This document shows, piece after piece, positions 1 to 8,998 of a DNA stretch of 32,000 bases; the first letter of the stretch is position 1, and each line of letters starts with the position of its first letter. A program made the translations under genes and the position numbers. The stretch is taken from contig NZ_JAYKGW010000086.1 in NCBI RefSeq assembly GCF_035285525.1, forward strand, positions 1 to 32,000. Reading direction: 5' to 3'. The DNA comes from Okeania sp. (lineage in GTDB: Bacteria; Cyanobacteriota; Cyanobacteriia; Cyanobacteriales; Microcoleaceae). The notes below the pieces were generated by a model, which was not told the origin of the DNA, did not search any database, and worked only from the letters and a program-made list of their open reading frames with translations.

Positions 1-265
1 CCCCACACACACCCAAATTTATCGGCATAAACATTAAATTAAATAAACCCGCCCCCACACACACCCAAATTTATCGGCATAAACATTAAATTAAATAAAC
101 CCGCCCCCACACACCCAAATTTATCGGTATGAACATTAAATTAAATAAACCCGCCCCCACACACACCCAAATTTATCGGCATAAACATTAAATTAAATAA
201 ACCCGCCCCCACACACACCCAAATTTATCGGTATAAATATTAAATTAAATAAACCCGCCCCCAAC
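1..265. repeat. Tandem minisatellite, about 5 copies of a 50-52 bp unit (CCCGCCCCCACACACACCCAAATTTATCGGCATAAACATTAAATTAAATAAA), cut by the window start
   Basis: The CCCG landmark starts at 48, 100, 150, 202 and 254 (periods 52, 50, 52, 52). The 50-bp copy lacks one CA dinucleotide. Point variants between copies include ggcat/ggtat and aaac/gaac/aaat. Confidence 0.9.
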
Positions 266-274
266 CCAATGTAT

Positions 275-343
275 GTAGGGGGGGGCGGGTTTAGATAAAT
301 AATTGGGCTTTGTATCAAAGTTTCTGGTGAAACCCGCCCCTAC
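275..343. repeat. Palindromic hairpin element GTAGGGGGGGGCGGGTTT - about 37 nt - AAACCCGCCCCTAC
   Basis: Left arm 275-292 and right arm 330-343 are reverse complements. The same AAACCCGCCCC arm ends each minisatellite unit, and a sister element lies at 31937-32000. Confidence 0.8.
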
Positions 344-435
344 AATTTTGTAAAATGTTAATTTGCCTTTTTTGTGTTACCATCGGACGATCAGGATGCC
401 CATCCCACTAATTACTAATTCAGCAACACCCCGCC

Positions 436-3400
436 TTAACGGAGGAAGAAATCATCAGCACTAATTTCTGCCTTATTAGTTAAGGTAGCAAAATTAGCAC
501 CCCCACCTAAACCAGTAGCACTACCATTAGGGTTATAGAATAACTTGCCGTTTTCACTGTTGTAGACAATAAACCCATTAGAATTTCTTGCCTCTGCATC
601 AGTGGTAACTTCTGCAAACTCTGTTGTCACACTAAAACCTTCACCTTTAACACTGGTAAGTACAGTGAAAGTATCTCGATCCAAGAGAATAATATCTTTC
701 CCTGGAACAAAATCAGTAATTTCGTCTGTACCTAAATCTTCTGAAGTAAACTCTTCATTGGTGTTGAAAATAAAGCGGTCAATACTTGCACCACCTATGA
801 GTACATCGTTTCCTGGTCCACCATTGAGGCGATCGCGACCGATACCACCTTCGAGAGTATCGCTACCTTCTCCCCCCATTAAAATATCGTTACCAGAACG
901 ACCTATTAAATAGTCATTTCCAGATTGTCCCCACATTCTATCATTACCTTTACCGCTATTGAGTGTGTCGTTACCACTACCCCCTCTCATTTTATCGTTA
1001 CCCTGACCACTATTGAAGGAATCATCATTTTCACCACCTCTCATTATATCATCGCCACTTTTATCAATTTCTATTGGCACTTCCAAAGCATAAGAATATG
1101 CTTTCTCTTCCCCATCAATCAAGTTACTAATTAATGCTAGTGGTTGATTCTGATAAAATAATGTGCCTGCAACAACTGTAAAATCTTGTGGAGTAGCATT
1201 GGGAAAATCTCCTGGTAGTGCTACTATTTTATCTTCTGTCCAATTAAAGTCACTGAAATGAGTTACTCCTTCCGCATTAGGATTGAGGAAAAAGCGATCG
1301 CTACCCTCGCCACCAGTAACAACAGGATTATATGCACCATCATCAATCTTTAACTCATTATCTCCAGAATCCCCTGTTACTTCTGATGTTGGTTCAAAAG
1401 TAATTTTATCTTCCACTTCCACAGGTGCTTTAGAAATGACAAAAGTTGCAGATTGATTCTCAGGAAGCGTCGTATACCCTGAATCAGCAGTTAATAATTT
1501 CAATTGCAGGGAATCAGACCCACCATCAATAGCATCACCATTAATCTCAAAATCCAATGAATAGCTTTCTGCTCCTGGTGGAATGAAAAATGAACCGTAT
1601 AAATTATTGTCACTGTTAATGCGTTCATAATCTTCTCCTGCAATAGCATCACCACCTATCTGATAACGAACAGTTAAACCATAGGTAGGAGCAGGTTCAG
1701 AAAGTGCAATGTTGAATGATTTGGTAGTAGTCTCACCTGGTGCTATGATTACGTTTTCCAATATTGGTATATCCAACCATTGGTCATCTGTACTAATGAA
1801 AATAGCTTTATCAACATCATCATAATTGACGTAGGTTGGTTGAACTAAGACTGAATTAAGTTTATTTTGGTACTCATTCTGATCTTCACTCTCAAAAGCA
1901 ATATCTACAATATTTTCTACTAATTCTGTCAAGAAAAAGCGTTTCGGACCAGCAATAGCAGGAATAACTAAATGGGAACCTTTCTCTTCTGCACCCTCAA
2001 GAATGGTGTCGATAAATTCTTGAACTTGTCCCAATCCTTCAGCGATAAATTCTAATGGTAGTTCTTCTACCTTTTCTAACACTAACTCTCGATCGATTGG
2101 CCTACCATCCTCACCAAAGAAAACATCTTCTGTTCCCAGTTTAGTCGCATGAGTGTTATAAATATATTCCCATGCTTCAGCGATTTGCTGAGAGTTACTA
2201 ATGTCTAAACTATCCCAATCATAATTAAGTTCATCCCATAACTCCTTGTAATAAGGACCTGCTTGATCGTCTTTAGCTTGCATGACAAAATTAATGGCAC
2301 GCATCGCAACTAATCCTGGATAAGTTTCGAGGTCTCTTTCTATTCCCCAATTATCTACATCAATTTCAAGCTTCTCGAACAATTCTGCAGTTGTTAGTGT
2401 CAAAGCCAACATTTGATATGTATAGGCTATGCTGTCTAAAGCATCCGATGCACCTTCACCAAATTCTGTATAAGGATCGTAATCATCTTCTAGTAATTTT
2501 TCTGGAATGCCTGCAAAATTATTAGCAAAGAGGTCTTCTGCAACTTCTGGTGTTAACTTTTCATAAAATTGCTCTTCAGTTGTCCAAGCTGGAGCTTCTT
2601 CTGTGTCACTCCAAATACTAACAGGTGCATATTTGAAGGTAGTAATAATTGAGGGATTGGCATTTTTACCCTCCTCAGTAGGAATAGTAAATAATGGAAC
2701 ACCATAATCTTTCCCTGTAATGGTATCTTTCAGCCTATCTTCTGAGCTATCAGGAGGAGCAATAGCAACTATAAGTCCATCACGAAAGTCAACAGTTGGT
2801 TCTTCGTCTGGAACAAATTCTTTCCCATTCCACACACCTTTTGTCCCATCAGTGTAATTGTTTTGTTCTGTAAGGTCTATTTCGTAATTACCAAATTCGT
2901 CTGTCTGAGTAAATACTTCACCTTCATCCCAAATGAAATTTCTATTGGTATCAAAAAAGATATAAGCATCATCTAAAGGTCCAAGCATTGAGAGTCCTCT
3001 TTCTACTACCGAAAGAAGTTTTTGTTTTACTTGGACGTCCAAAGGAACATATCCTGTTTCCCTAAAAAATAGAGATTTGACCTCTTGATCCCTGTGTTCA
3101 AGGTTCTTCGTATCAATTAATCCATTGGAATATGAACTCTCGTCTAAAAACTTAGTAATATCTAAATCTTTTACTTCTCTATCTCCAATCCATGACTCAC
3201 CCTCAATGGTTTCTCCTTCAAATAATTTTGTTGTAACTGTACGAGCATAGCCATGCTGTGTAGGTGGCAAATTATTCTCAATATTAGGGGTGGGATGACT
3301 GTATGATACCCTTGGTATTAGTGGTACTATACTCTTTTCATATTCCGATGAATTAAGATACAGGTCATAGTCACCCAAAGGATCTTGATATCCTAATCCT

Positions 3401-4383
3401 AGCAACGATGATGTATGGATACCATAAACATTTTCTGCATCATCGGGAGACAGTCGTAAATCTTTTGGTCGATCTTCATACCCAAGTCCAGCAGGATCCA
3501 TACCAATAATCTGATCAATTCCTTTTACATTTTGCCCAGCTATTCCAGAAACATGAGCACCAAGACTGTGACCTATTAAACTTATTTTCTCAGGATTTAA
3601 GTCATATTTTGTGATGTATTCTGCTATATCTGCGCTAACCCTGGGAACACTATTTACTGCTTCTAAATATTTCGGAAGGCTTGTAAAATTTTTTTCATGC
3701 CAATCTACAACAACAACGTTAGCATCCGGATCGAATTTTTTAATCGCTTTTGCTTGATTTGCTTGCCATTCATTTAATTCATTACTGGAAATCCATTGAT
3801 TTCCTATTCCATCCTGAAATCCATGTGTGACAAAATATGTATTTTGGTCTGTGTTAATTTTTCCAAATTGATCCCTGTTTCCGTCTTTGTCTGTGACATG
3901 GAACCAAACACCATTAATAACATCATGATTGGTATCATTTTCAAATTTCTTTGAAACCCCAGGTTGTGAACTATTCGTTTTATCAACACCAAACTTCAGT
4001 TGATCCTTTACCGTGGTTACTCCATTGAAATTTGACTTGTAAGAATTCTCACCATCAAAGACAGTAAAAGATTTTACACCCCAATCATCGTTGCCATTTT
4101 TCCTAAACTCTATTGAGTCTAAATCACCAATATTCAAATTTCCTAGATAAAAAGTTACATTGCTTCCTTGAGAAAATTCAGGATTATCTACCCTTGGGAG
4201 ATCGATATATTCAGTTGTTCTTTCACTGCCGTAAAGTTTTACCTGAACCTTGTCTTCTGTTCCATGCTTATTAGACAATTTCCTTTCTAAGAAGTTTCCT
4301 AATTTTGCAAATAAGCCACTCTCTTTAGGTACCTCTTCTATGGAAGCTGTTTGTATGCTAATAGTGTAAAATTTATCGCTCAT
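436..4383 (-). CDS. Large secreted multidomain lipase: N-terminal PLAT/LH2-like beta-sandwich, pancreatic-lipase-family alpha/beta hydrolase, long acidic region of unknown function, Calx-beta-like domain, RTX (GGxGxD) repeats with a T1SS-type C-terminus
   Basis: Single 1338-codon ORF. The likely start is the ATG at 4383 (MSDKFYTISIQ), which has a purine-rich GGTGA upstream, rather than 4452. GHSLG nucleophile elbow at 3559-3573 (Ser codon 3565-3567). GMDPAG with Asp codon at 3496-3498. IHTSS and QHGYA motifs match the pancreatic lipase layout. About 9 nonapeptide repeats at ~766-1038 (GSGNDTLNSGKGNDRMWGQSGNDYLIGRSGNDILMGGEGSDTLEGG). GDAIAGEDY Calx-beta-like motif at ~1435-1740. Confidence 0.85.
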   Translation of the reverse strand: MSDKFYTISIQTASIEEVPKESGLFAKLGNFLERKLSNKHGTEDKVQVKLYGSERTTEYIDLPRVDNPEFSQGSNVTFYLGNLNIGDLDSIEFRKNGNDDWGVKSFTVFDGENSYKSNFNGVTTVKDQLKFGVDKTNSSQPGVSKKFENDTNHDVINGVWFHVTDKDGNRDQFGKINTDQNTYFVTHGFQDGIGNQWISSNELNEWQANQAKAIKKFDPDANVVVVDWHEKNFTSLPKYLEAVNSVPRVSADIAEYITKYDLNPEKISLIGHSLGAHVSGIAGQNVKGIDQIIGMDPAGLGYEDRPKDLRLSPDDAENVYGIHTSSLLGLGYQDPLGDYDLYLNSSEYEKSIVPLIPRVSYSHPTPNIENNLPPTQHGYARTVTTKLFEGETIEGESWIGDREVKDLDITKFLDESSYSNGLIDTKNLEHRDQEVKSLFFRETGYVPLDVQVKQKLLSVVERGLSMLGPLDDAYIFFDTNRNFIWDEGEVFTQTDEFGNYEIDLTEQNNYTDGTKGVWNGKEFVPDEEPTVDFRDGLIVAIAPPDSSEDRLKDTITGKDYGVPLFTIPTEEGKNANPSIITTFKYAPVSIWSDTEEAPAWTTEEQFYEKLTPEVAEDLFANNFAGIPEKLLEDDYDPYTEFGEGASDALDSIAYTYQMLALTLTTAELFEKLEIDVDNWGIERDLETYPGLVAMRAINFVMQAKDDQAGPYYKELWDELNYDWDSLDISNSQQIAEAWEYIYNTHATKLGTEDVFFGEDGRPIDRELVLEKVEELPLEFIAEGLGQVQEFIDTILEGAEEKGSHLVIPAIAGPKRFFLTELVENIVDIAFESEDQNEYQNKLNSVLVQPTYVNYDDVDKAIFISTDDQWLDIPILENVIIAPGETTTKSFNIALSEPAPTYGLTVRYQIGGDAIAGEDYERINSDNNLYGSFFIPPGAESYSLDFEINGDAIDGGSDSLQLKLLTADSGYTTLPENQSATFVISKAPVEVEDKITFEPTSEVTGDSGDNELKIDDGAYNPVVTGGEGSDRFFLNPNAEGVTHFSDFNWTEDKIVALPGDFPNATPQDFTVVAGTLFYQNQPLALISNLIDGEEKAYSYALEVPIEIDKSGDDIMRGGENDDSFNSGQGNDKMRGGSGNDTLNSGKGNDRMWGQSGNDYLIGRSGNDILMGGEGSDTLEGGIGRDRLNGGPGNDVLIGGASIDRFIFNTNEEFTSEDLGTDEITDFVPGKDIILLDRDTFTVLTSVKGEGFSVTTEFAEVTTDAEARNSNGFIVYNSENGKLFYNPNGSATGLGGGANFATLTNKAEISADDFFLR

Positions 4384-4718
4384 AAGTAATTCACCCTGAA
4401 GATTAATGTTTGCTTTCAAAGCTTTAGCATATATATATATATTGTCAAGCATTATTTTGATTTAGCAATAATTCTTAACAATGTCAGGTGTCAAACTATT
4501 GGATAAACCACATCGCAATAACCAAAATTTAGTAGGGACGTATTGCTGCGCGACATATAACGCATTTTTGCAACTTATAACGTCCCGACAGGGGTTATAT
4601 AGCAACCAGTTAATAATAAATAAAAAGTTGGGATAATTTATATTCTGCGATTGTCTTACAGCAATTTTCACTTCAGTAAACCACAGTATTGGACTGTTTC
4701 ATCTTAAATGTTGCATAT

Positions 4719-4880
4719 AGATGTAGGTTGGGTTGAGGAACGAAACCCAACAACAGTCTTACTCCCCTACTCCCCTACTCCCTAATGCACAGATGTAGGT
4801 TGGGTTGAGGAACGAAACCCAACAACAGTCTTTCTTCCCTACTCCCTTACTCCCCTACTCCCCTACTCCCTAATGCACAG
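4719..4880. repeat. Two tandem 72-bp composite units, each a hairpin ATGTAGGTTGGGTTGAGGAACGAAACCCAACAACAGTCT followed by a TACTCCC(C) heptamer/octamer array and CTAATGCACAG
   Basis: ATGTAGGTTGGG starts at 4721 and 4793. The GTTGGGTT/AACCCAAC stem is visible. A third single copy is at 11765-11797. Confidence 0.85.
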
Positions 4881-5001
4881 TTTTAGGTCAAACAGTCCAG
4901 TAGTGGACCGACACAGCCAAAATGGTGGATTAGGATTCAGCGATAACCCTTATATGTCAAAGCTTTCACCTAAAATCTATTGCACTAAATTAGTTGTGTC
5001 A

Positions 5002-5029
5002 GTAGGGACGTTCCATGGAACGTCCCTAC
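5002..5029. repeat. Perfect 28-nt palindrome GTAGGGACGTTCCATGGAACGTCCCTAC
   Basis: Read directly from the sequence. A longer imperfect relative (GTAGGGACGT ... ACGTCCCGAC) lies at about 4532-4589. The palindrome is the source of the spurious VGTFHGTSLQ peptide in ORF 4873..5100. Confidence 0.9.
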
Positions 5030-5107
5030 AATGTTTTGGTTATTTAAAGATGTGGTTTATCAATCTGAAAAGCGCTGTATTCCATTGCTACCATAACTGA
5101 CAACTAT

Positions 5108-6133
5108 TCAATATCTAATTCTCGGATCAATATAAGCATTTAAAATATCAATAAAAATACTAGCCATCACCACAATACCAGCAAAAAATACAACTATTCC
5201 CTGTACTGTCGGATAATCTCGCGAACTAATTGCTTGATATAATCTATTTGCTAAACCAGGCCAAGAAAAAGTTACTTCTGTTAATATTGCTCCTCCTAAT
5301 AAAGCAGCAAAAGTTAATCCTAAAACTGTAATAACTGGAATCATAGCATTTTTTAAAGCATGAGAAAATAATATTTTTAATTCCGAAATACCCCTCGCTC
5401 TAGCAGCTTCTACATAATCAGCTTTTAATGTTTGTTTGAGATTAATTCTCACTATTCTTTCAAAAATACCACTAAGCAAAATTCCTAATGTTAAACTTGG
5501 CAAAGCTAAATGATATATAGATATCAAAAAATCATCGACATTGCTATTTAAAATACTATCAATTGTGTATAAACCTGTAACGTTTGGAGGTGGATTTTTA
5601 CCAGTAGGAAAACGAGTACCTAAAGGAAACCATTTTAACTGTACAGCAAAAATTAATTGTAAAATCATTCCTGCCCAAAAAGGGGGAACTGCATAAGTAA
5701 AAATTCCAAACAAACGCCCACCAACATCTAACTTAGTATTAGGATGAGAAGCAGCAATAGAACCAATAGTAACTCCGACAATTAGAGAAATTGCCATACT
5801 AAATACTGCTAATTCTACAGTAGCAGGAAAATAATTTTGAATAATTTGCCAAACTGATTCTCCACGGGTAGTCATTGATGTACCCAAGTCAAAAGTAAAT
5901 AATTTTCCGAGATAATTAAAATACTGTTGTAATAGTGAGCCATCTAAACCAAGTTGGGAGCGGAGAGCTTCTTTAGTAGCTGTTGAAGCTTTTGGCCCAA
6001 GAATAGCATCCACTGGGTCTCCCGGAGTTGCTCGTAATAATAAAAAGACTACAGTGCTTATTGTCCATAGCATTAATGGTGCTAATAATAAACGGATTAA
6101 TATATAGGAATAGAGGGCTTTAGAGCGAGACAT
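5108..6133 (-). CDS. ABC transporter permease, oligopeptide/dipeptide (DppB/OppB-like) family
   Basis: The N-terminus ILIRLLLAPLMLWTISTVVFLLLRATPGDPVDAILGP is typical of the family. EAA-loop-like YVEAARARGISELKILFSHALKNA. Multiple hydrophobic segments. C-terminal YIDPRIRY. Confidence 0.9.
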   Translation of the reverse strand: MSRSKALYSYILIRLLLAPLMLWTISTVVFLLLRATPGDPVDAILGPKASTATKEALRSQLGLDGSLLQQYFNYLGKLFTFDLGTSMTTRGESVWQIIQNYFPATVELAVFSMAISLIVGVTIGSIAASHPNTKLDVGGRLFGIFTYAVPPFWAGMILQLIFAVQLKWFPLGTRFPTGKNPPPNVTGLYTIDSILNSNVDDFLISIYHLALPSLTLGILLSGIFERIVRINLKQTLKADYVEAARARGISELKILFSHALKNAMIPVITVLGLTFAALLGGAILTEVTFSWPGLANRLYQAISSRDYPTVQGIVVFFAGIVVMASIFIDILNAYIDPRIRY

Positions 6134-6177
6134 TTCAGTTATTAGCTTTTTCAGTTATTGATTGTAGTAATCCTATT

Positions 6178-6247
6178 GTGGGTTTGGTCTCCAAACCAAA
6201 CCCCTACTATAAAATTTGACAACCTATTTTATTTAGGATTGCTATAG
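6178..6247 (-). repeat. Composite dispersed element (read on the minus strand): TATAGCAATCCTAAAT - about 25 nt - GTAGGGGTTTGG..CCAAACCC hairpin
   Basis: Hairpin at 6178-6207, GGATTGCTATA at 6236-6246. Homologous to 25143-25198 on the plus strand. Related copies at 7350-7415 and 24899-24925. Confidence 0.75.
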
Positions 6248-6482
6248 TTGTTTTGATAGACGCTATATTTTAGCATCTCTGGTTCAATTTGAATAAAATA
6301 ATTTATTGATTCTAATTCCCAACTTCTAACTCTTAACTCCTAATGTAGAATCCCGTTAAAAAGTCGTCCCTATCAACGATAGGAAGCAATCTCCTAAACC
6401 TCTCAAATTGCTTCCCTCCACGAGTGTAAGTCGCAATGACTGGGGTATAGTAATTATCAAGATTCTATATAACTCTTGACTC

Positions 6483-7325
6483 CTAACTCCTAAAAATCAC
6501 ATCAGCAACTTGACAAACTTCAGACATTTCTTTGACATCATGAACCCGTAAAATATCTACAGATTGAGCGATCGCTGCTACACAACCGGCAGCAGTTCCC
6601 CAAACTCTTTGTTTAGCATCAGGTTGATTTAAAATTTTACCAATAAAACTTTTACGAGATAGCCCTACTAATATCGGACAATTTAAACTTTTAAATCTTG
6701 ATAAATTGCGAATAATTTCTAAATTTTGTTCGTAATTTTTAGCAAAGCCAATACCAGGGTCAATAATAATTTTTTCTCTAGTAATTCCTGCTTTAATAGC
6801 TTCTTCAATTCTACTGTTTAAAAACTGATAAATTTCCCCAATTAAATTTTGATAATCTGTCAATTTTTGCATGGTTTTTGGTGTACCCCGAATGTGCATT
6901 AAAATAATCGGCACTTTCAAATCAGCCACCACAGAAAACATCTCATTATCATAAGTTCCCGCAGAAATATCATTAATTAAATTAGCACCAACTTCGACAG
7001 CTTTTTCTGCAACTATTGCCCTAGTCGTATCAACAGAAATGGGAATTTCTCTACAAATATTTTCTTGACTTCTTAACAATTTAATTATGGGTAAAACCCG
7101 ATTAAGTTCCTCCTCTATAGAAATAAATTCAGAACCTGGTCGAGTTGATTGACCGCCAATATCAATCAGATCAGCACCCGCCTCTACCATTTTTTTTGCC
7201 TGTATTAAAGCTGTTTCTAGTGTATGAAAATCACCACCATCACTAAAACTATCTGGCGTCACATTTAAAATACCCATTATATAGGTACGTTTTCCCCAAT
7301 AAAAACTTTTAATTAAACTGTTCAT
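6483..7325 (-). CDS. folP: Dihydropteroate synthase
   Basis: MGILNVTPDSFSDGG, DIGGQSTRPG, VDTTRA, INDISAG, IIDPGIGFAK and LRVHDV motifs in the canonical order. 280 aa. Confidence 0.95.
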   Translation of the reverse strand: MNSLIKSFYWGKRTYIMGILNVTPDSFSDGGDFHTLETALIQAKKMVEAGADLIDIGGQSTRPGSEFISIEEELNRVLPIIKLLRSQENICREIPISVDTTRAIVAEKAVEVGANLINDISAGTYDNEMFSVVADLKVPIILMHIRGTPKTMQKLTDYQNLIGEIYQFLNSRIEEAIKAGITREKIIIDPGIGFAKNYEQNLEIIRNLSRFKSLNCPILVGLSRKSFIGKILNQPDAKQRVWGTAAGCVAAIAQSVDILRVHDVKEMSEVCQVADVIFRS

Positions 7326-7632
7326 TTGATGATTTTTGATAATTGATGAAGAATAAAATTATGTCCGTAATAGGTTATAAAATTTTATCGTAGGGTTTTG
7401 GTCTCCAAACCCTAGCAATGGCATTTGGAAAGCAAACTCCTACTGTTTTTTTCAGAAATGATTGAGGATTACAATGATACTGATTTGAGCAATAATATCC
7501 TTGATATTCTAAACAAAAGAGAAGAAAAAAAGTTTTTTGCCGTGAGTTGAGTAAAAACCAAATTCAATACTCCAATAAAATCGCAAAATTTTAGGAAATT
7601 CTTGAATTTATCTTTAGTATTTTACTGCAATA

Positions 7633-7739
7633 TACAGCATATTCTATATCAGTTAGGCAGACCTATGACAGCCTGGAAGGCTGTGTTACAAAAGTTTTCT
7701 CTTTAATATTTGTACCTAACTATCCTGGAAAGTGCTGTA
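7633..7739. repeat. 107-bp nested inverted-repeat (MITE-like or structured RNA-like) element
   Basis: TACAGCA (7633-7639) pairs with TGCTGTA (7733-7739). AGTTAGG (7651-7657) pairs with CCTAACT (7715-7721), with symmetric 11-nt spacers. Central hairpin ACAGCCTGGAAGGCTGT at 7668-7684. The core resembles the units of the 18505-18872 array. Confidence 0.7.
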
Positions 7740-8036
7740 CCTTTTCCCACAGTAAAAATTCAATCTTTTTTTCTCCCCTTTTTTTGCTTCCCAATTTGTG
7801 TTGCAAAGTCTAATTAAAAATCGACAATATAGCATTTCCCAGGTTAGTAAGTTACCTTGATAATCCCCCTAAATCCTCCTTTGAAAGGGGGACTTTTTGT
7901 TCACTTCCCCACTTTCACGCGCTATGCTTTATAAACATCTTTCTCTTTTCATAAAACTTGGGCATTATTGACAAGTTATGAATTTACTATTCAATCGCTA
8001 TTTTGGGAGAGTGAAGTATTTAACTAGAGGCTTTTT

Positions 8037-8087
8037 CCCCCCATCTCCCCATCTCCCCATCTCCCCATCTCCCCATCCCCCCCATCA
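8037..8087. repeat. Octamer array (ATCTCCCC), about 4.5 copies
   Basis: Read directly: ccatctccccatctccccatctccccatctccccatccccc. Confidence 0.85.
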
Positions 8088-8187
8088 TTAGTGTTTTAGG
8101 AGTTCCTTATAAGGGATAGCGCATCATTGGGGGGCAAGGGGGGATAGAAAACTGTACCTCACAAGTATGGGAATTGCTATACTAAAA

Positions 8188-8913
8188 TTATTGATAATTA
8201 ATTAAACGAGCAAAACTCTCAGGTTGTAAACTTGCTCCGCCAACCAAAGCACCATCAATTTCAGGTTGTGCCATAATTTCATCAACATTAGTAGGTTTAA
8301 CAGAACCACCATATTGAATAGTCACATTAGGATTAGTCAACTTACCACGAATTAAACCAATAACTCGATTAGCTTCTTTAGCCTCACAAGTATCACCAGT
8401 ACCAATGGCCCATATTGGCTCATAAGCAATAACTAGATTTTTTTGATCCACATCAACTAAATCCTTGTCCAACTGAGAAAATATATGTGATTCTGTCTCA
8501 CCAGAATCTCTTTGTTGCTTAGTTTCTCCCACACAGAGAATAGGAGTTAAACCATGTTTCTGAGCAGCTTTTAAGCGCAAATTAACTGTTTCATCAGTTT
8601 CGCCAAAATATTGACGGCGCTCACTATGACCTACAATTACATAACTAGCTCCAACTTCCTTCAGCATTAGGCCAGAAATTTCTCCCGTGTATGCTCCTTC
8701 GTCTTCCCAGTGAACATTTTGCGCACCCAACTTGATGCGACTCCCATGCAAAACTTTTGACAGAAAATCTAGTGCGGTGAAGGGAGCACAAAGAACTACT
8801 TCTCGTTCTTCGGGGGTTGTTGTGATTTGAGACATCAAACCCTGAAGAAACTCTTTGGCTTCTCCTTGGGTTTTGTACATTTTCCAGTTCCCAGCAATTA
8901 TTATTTTTCTCAC
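8188..8913 (-). CDS. tpiA: Triosephosphate isomerase
   Basis: [30 protein letters not shown] and YGGSV motifs. A GTG at 8913 gives [13 protein letters not shown] and a ~241-aa product typical of the family. The ORF-track start at 8955 (also GTG) would add 14 atypical residues. Confidence 0.93.
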   Translation of the reverse strand: MRKIIIAGNWKMYKTQGEAKEFLQGLMSQITTTPEEREVVLCAPFTALDFLSKVLHGSRIKLGAQNVHWEDEGAYTGEISGLMLKEVGASYVIVGHSERRQYFGETDETVNLRLKAAQKHGLTPILCVGETKQQRDSGETESHIFSQLDKDLVDVDQKNLVIAYEPIWAIGTGDTCEAKEANRVIGLIRGKLTNPNVTIQYGGSVKPTNVDEIMAQPEIDGALVGGASLQPESFARLINYQ

Positions 8914-8998
8914 TGTTGATTTTATACACCTTAAACTTAAGTATCTGCAAAACACCAGTTTAAAGCTTTATGAGACGTTTTTCTAGTTTTAGGCAACA

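Noticed and set aside
1-265. Possible CRISPR array (regular ~52-bp periodicity)
   Set aside because: The whole 50-52 bp unit repeats and there are no unique spacers between conserved repeats. No cas genes are nearby. It is a plain tandem minisatellite.
602-1134. Plus-strand ORFs 602..913 and 925..1134
   Set aside because: They lie antisense within the RTX-repeat region of the 1338-codon lipase ORF. Their low-complexity S/P/T-rich translation is the mirror image of GGxGxD repeats.
3804-3992. Minus-strand ORF 3804..3992
   Set aside because: It is an alternative frame fully inside the lipase gene and shows no independent signal.
4462-5100. ORFs 4462..4671 (-) and 4873..5100 (+)
   Set aside because: Both are built from dispersed repeats: the GTAGGGACGT palindromes, the GTTGGGTT hairpins and the heptamer arrays. 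VGTFHGTSLQ is simply the translated 28-nt palindrome.
5108-6133. The ABC permease as the export partner of the adjacent RTX lipase
   Set aside because: The sequence is a DppB/OppB-type importer permease, not a HlyB-type T1SS ABC exporter, and 650 bp of repeats separates it from the lipase. No ATPase, partner permease or binding-protein gene is adjacent.
8645-8950. ORF 8645..8950 (-), 101 aa
   Set aside because: It overlaps tpiA in another frame, is Arg/Ser-rich and matches no motif. tpiA is unambiguous.
8914-8955. N-terminal extensions in the ORF track for tpiA (to 8955), miaB (to 13451), the lipase (to 4452) and the metallophosphoesterase (from 25169)
   Set aside because: Family-typical N-termini begin at internal start codons (8913, 13358, 4383, 25229). 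The extensions are atypical sequence or overlap repeat elements.
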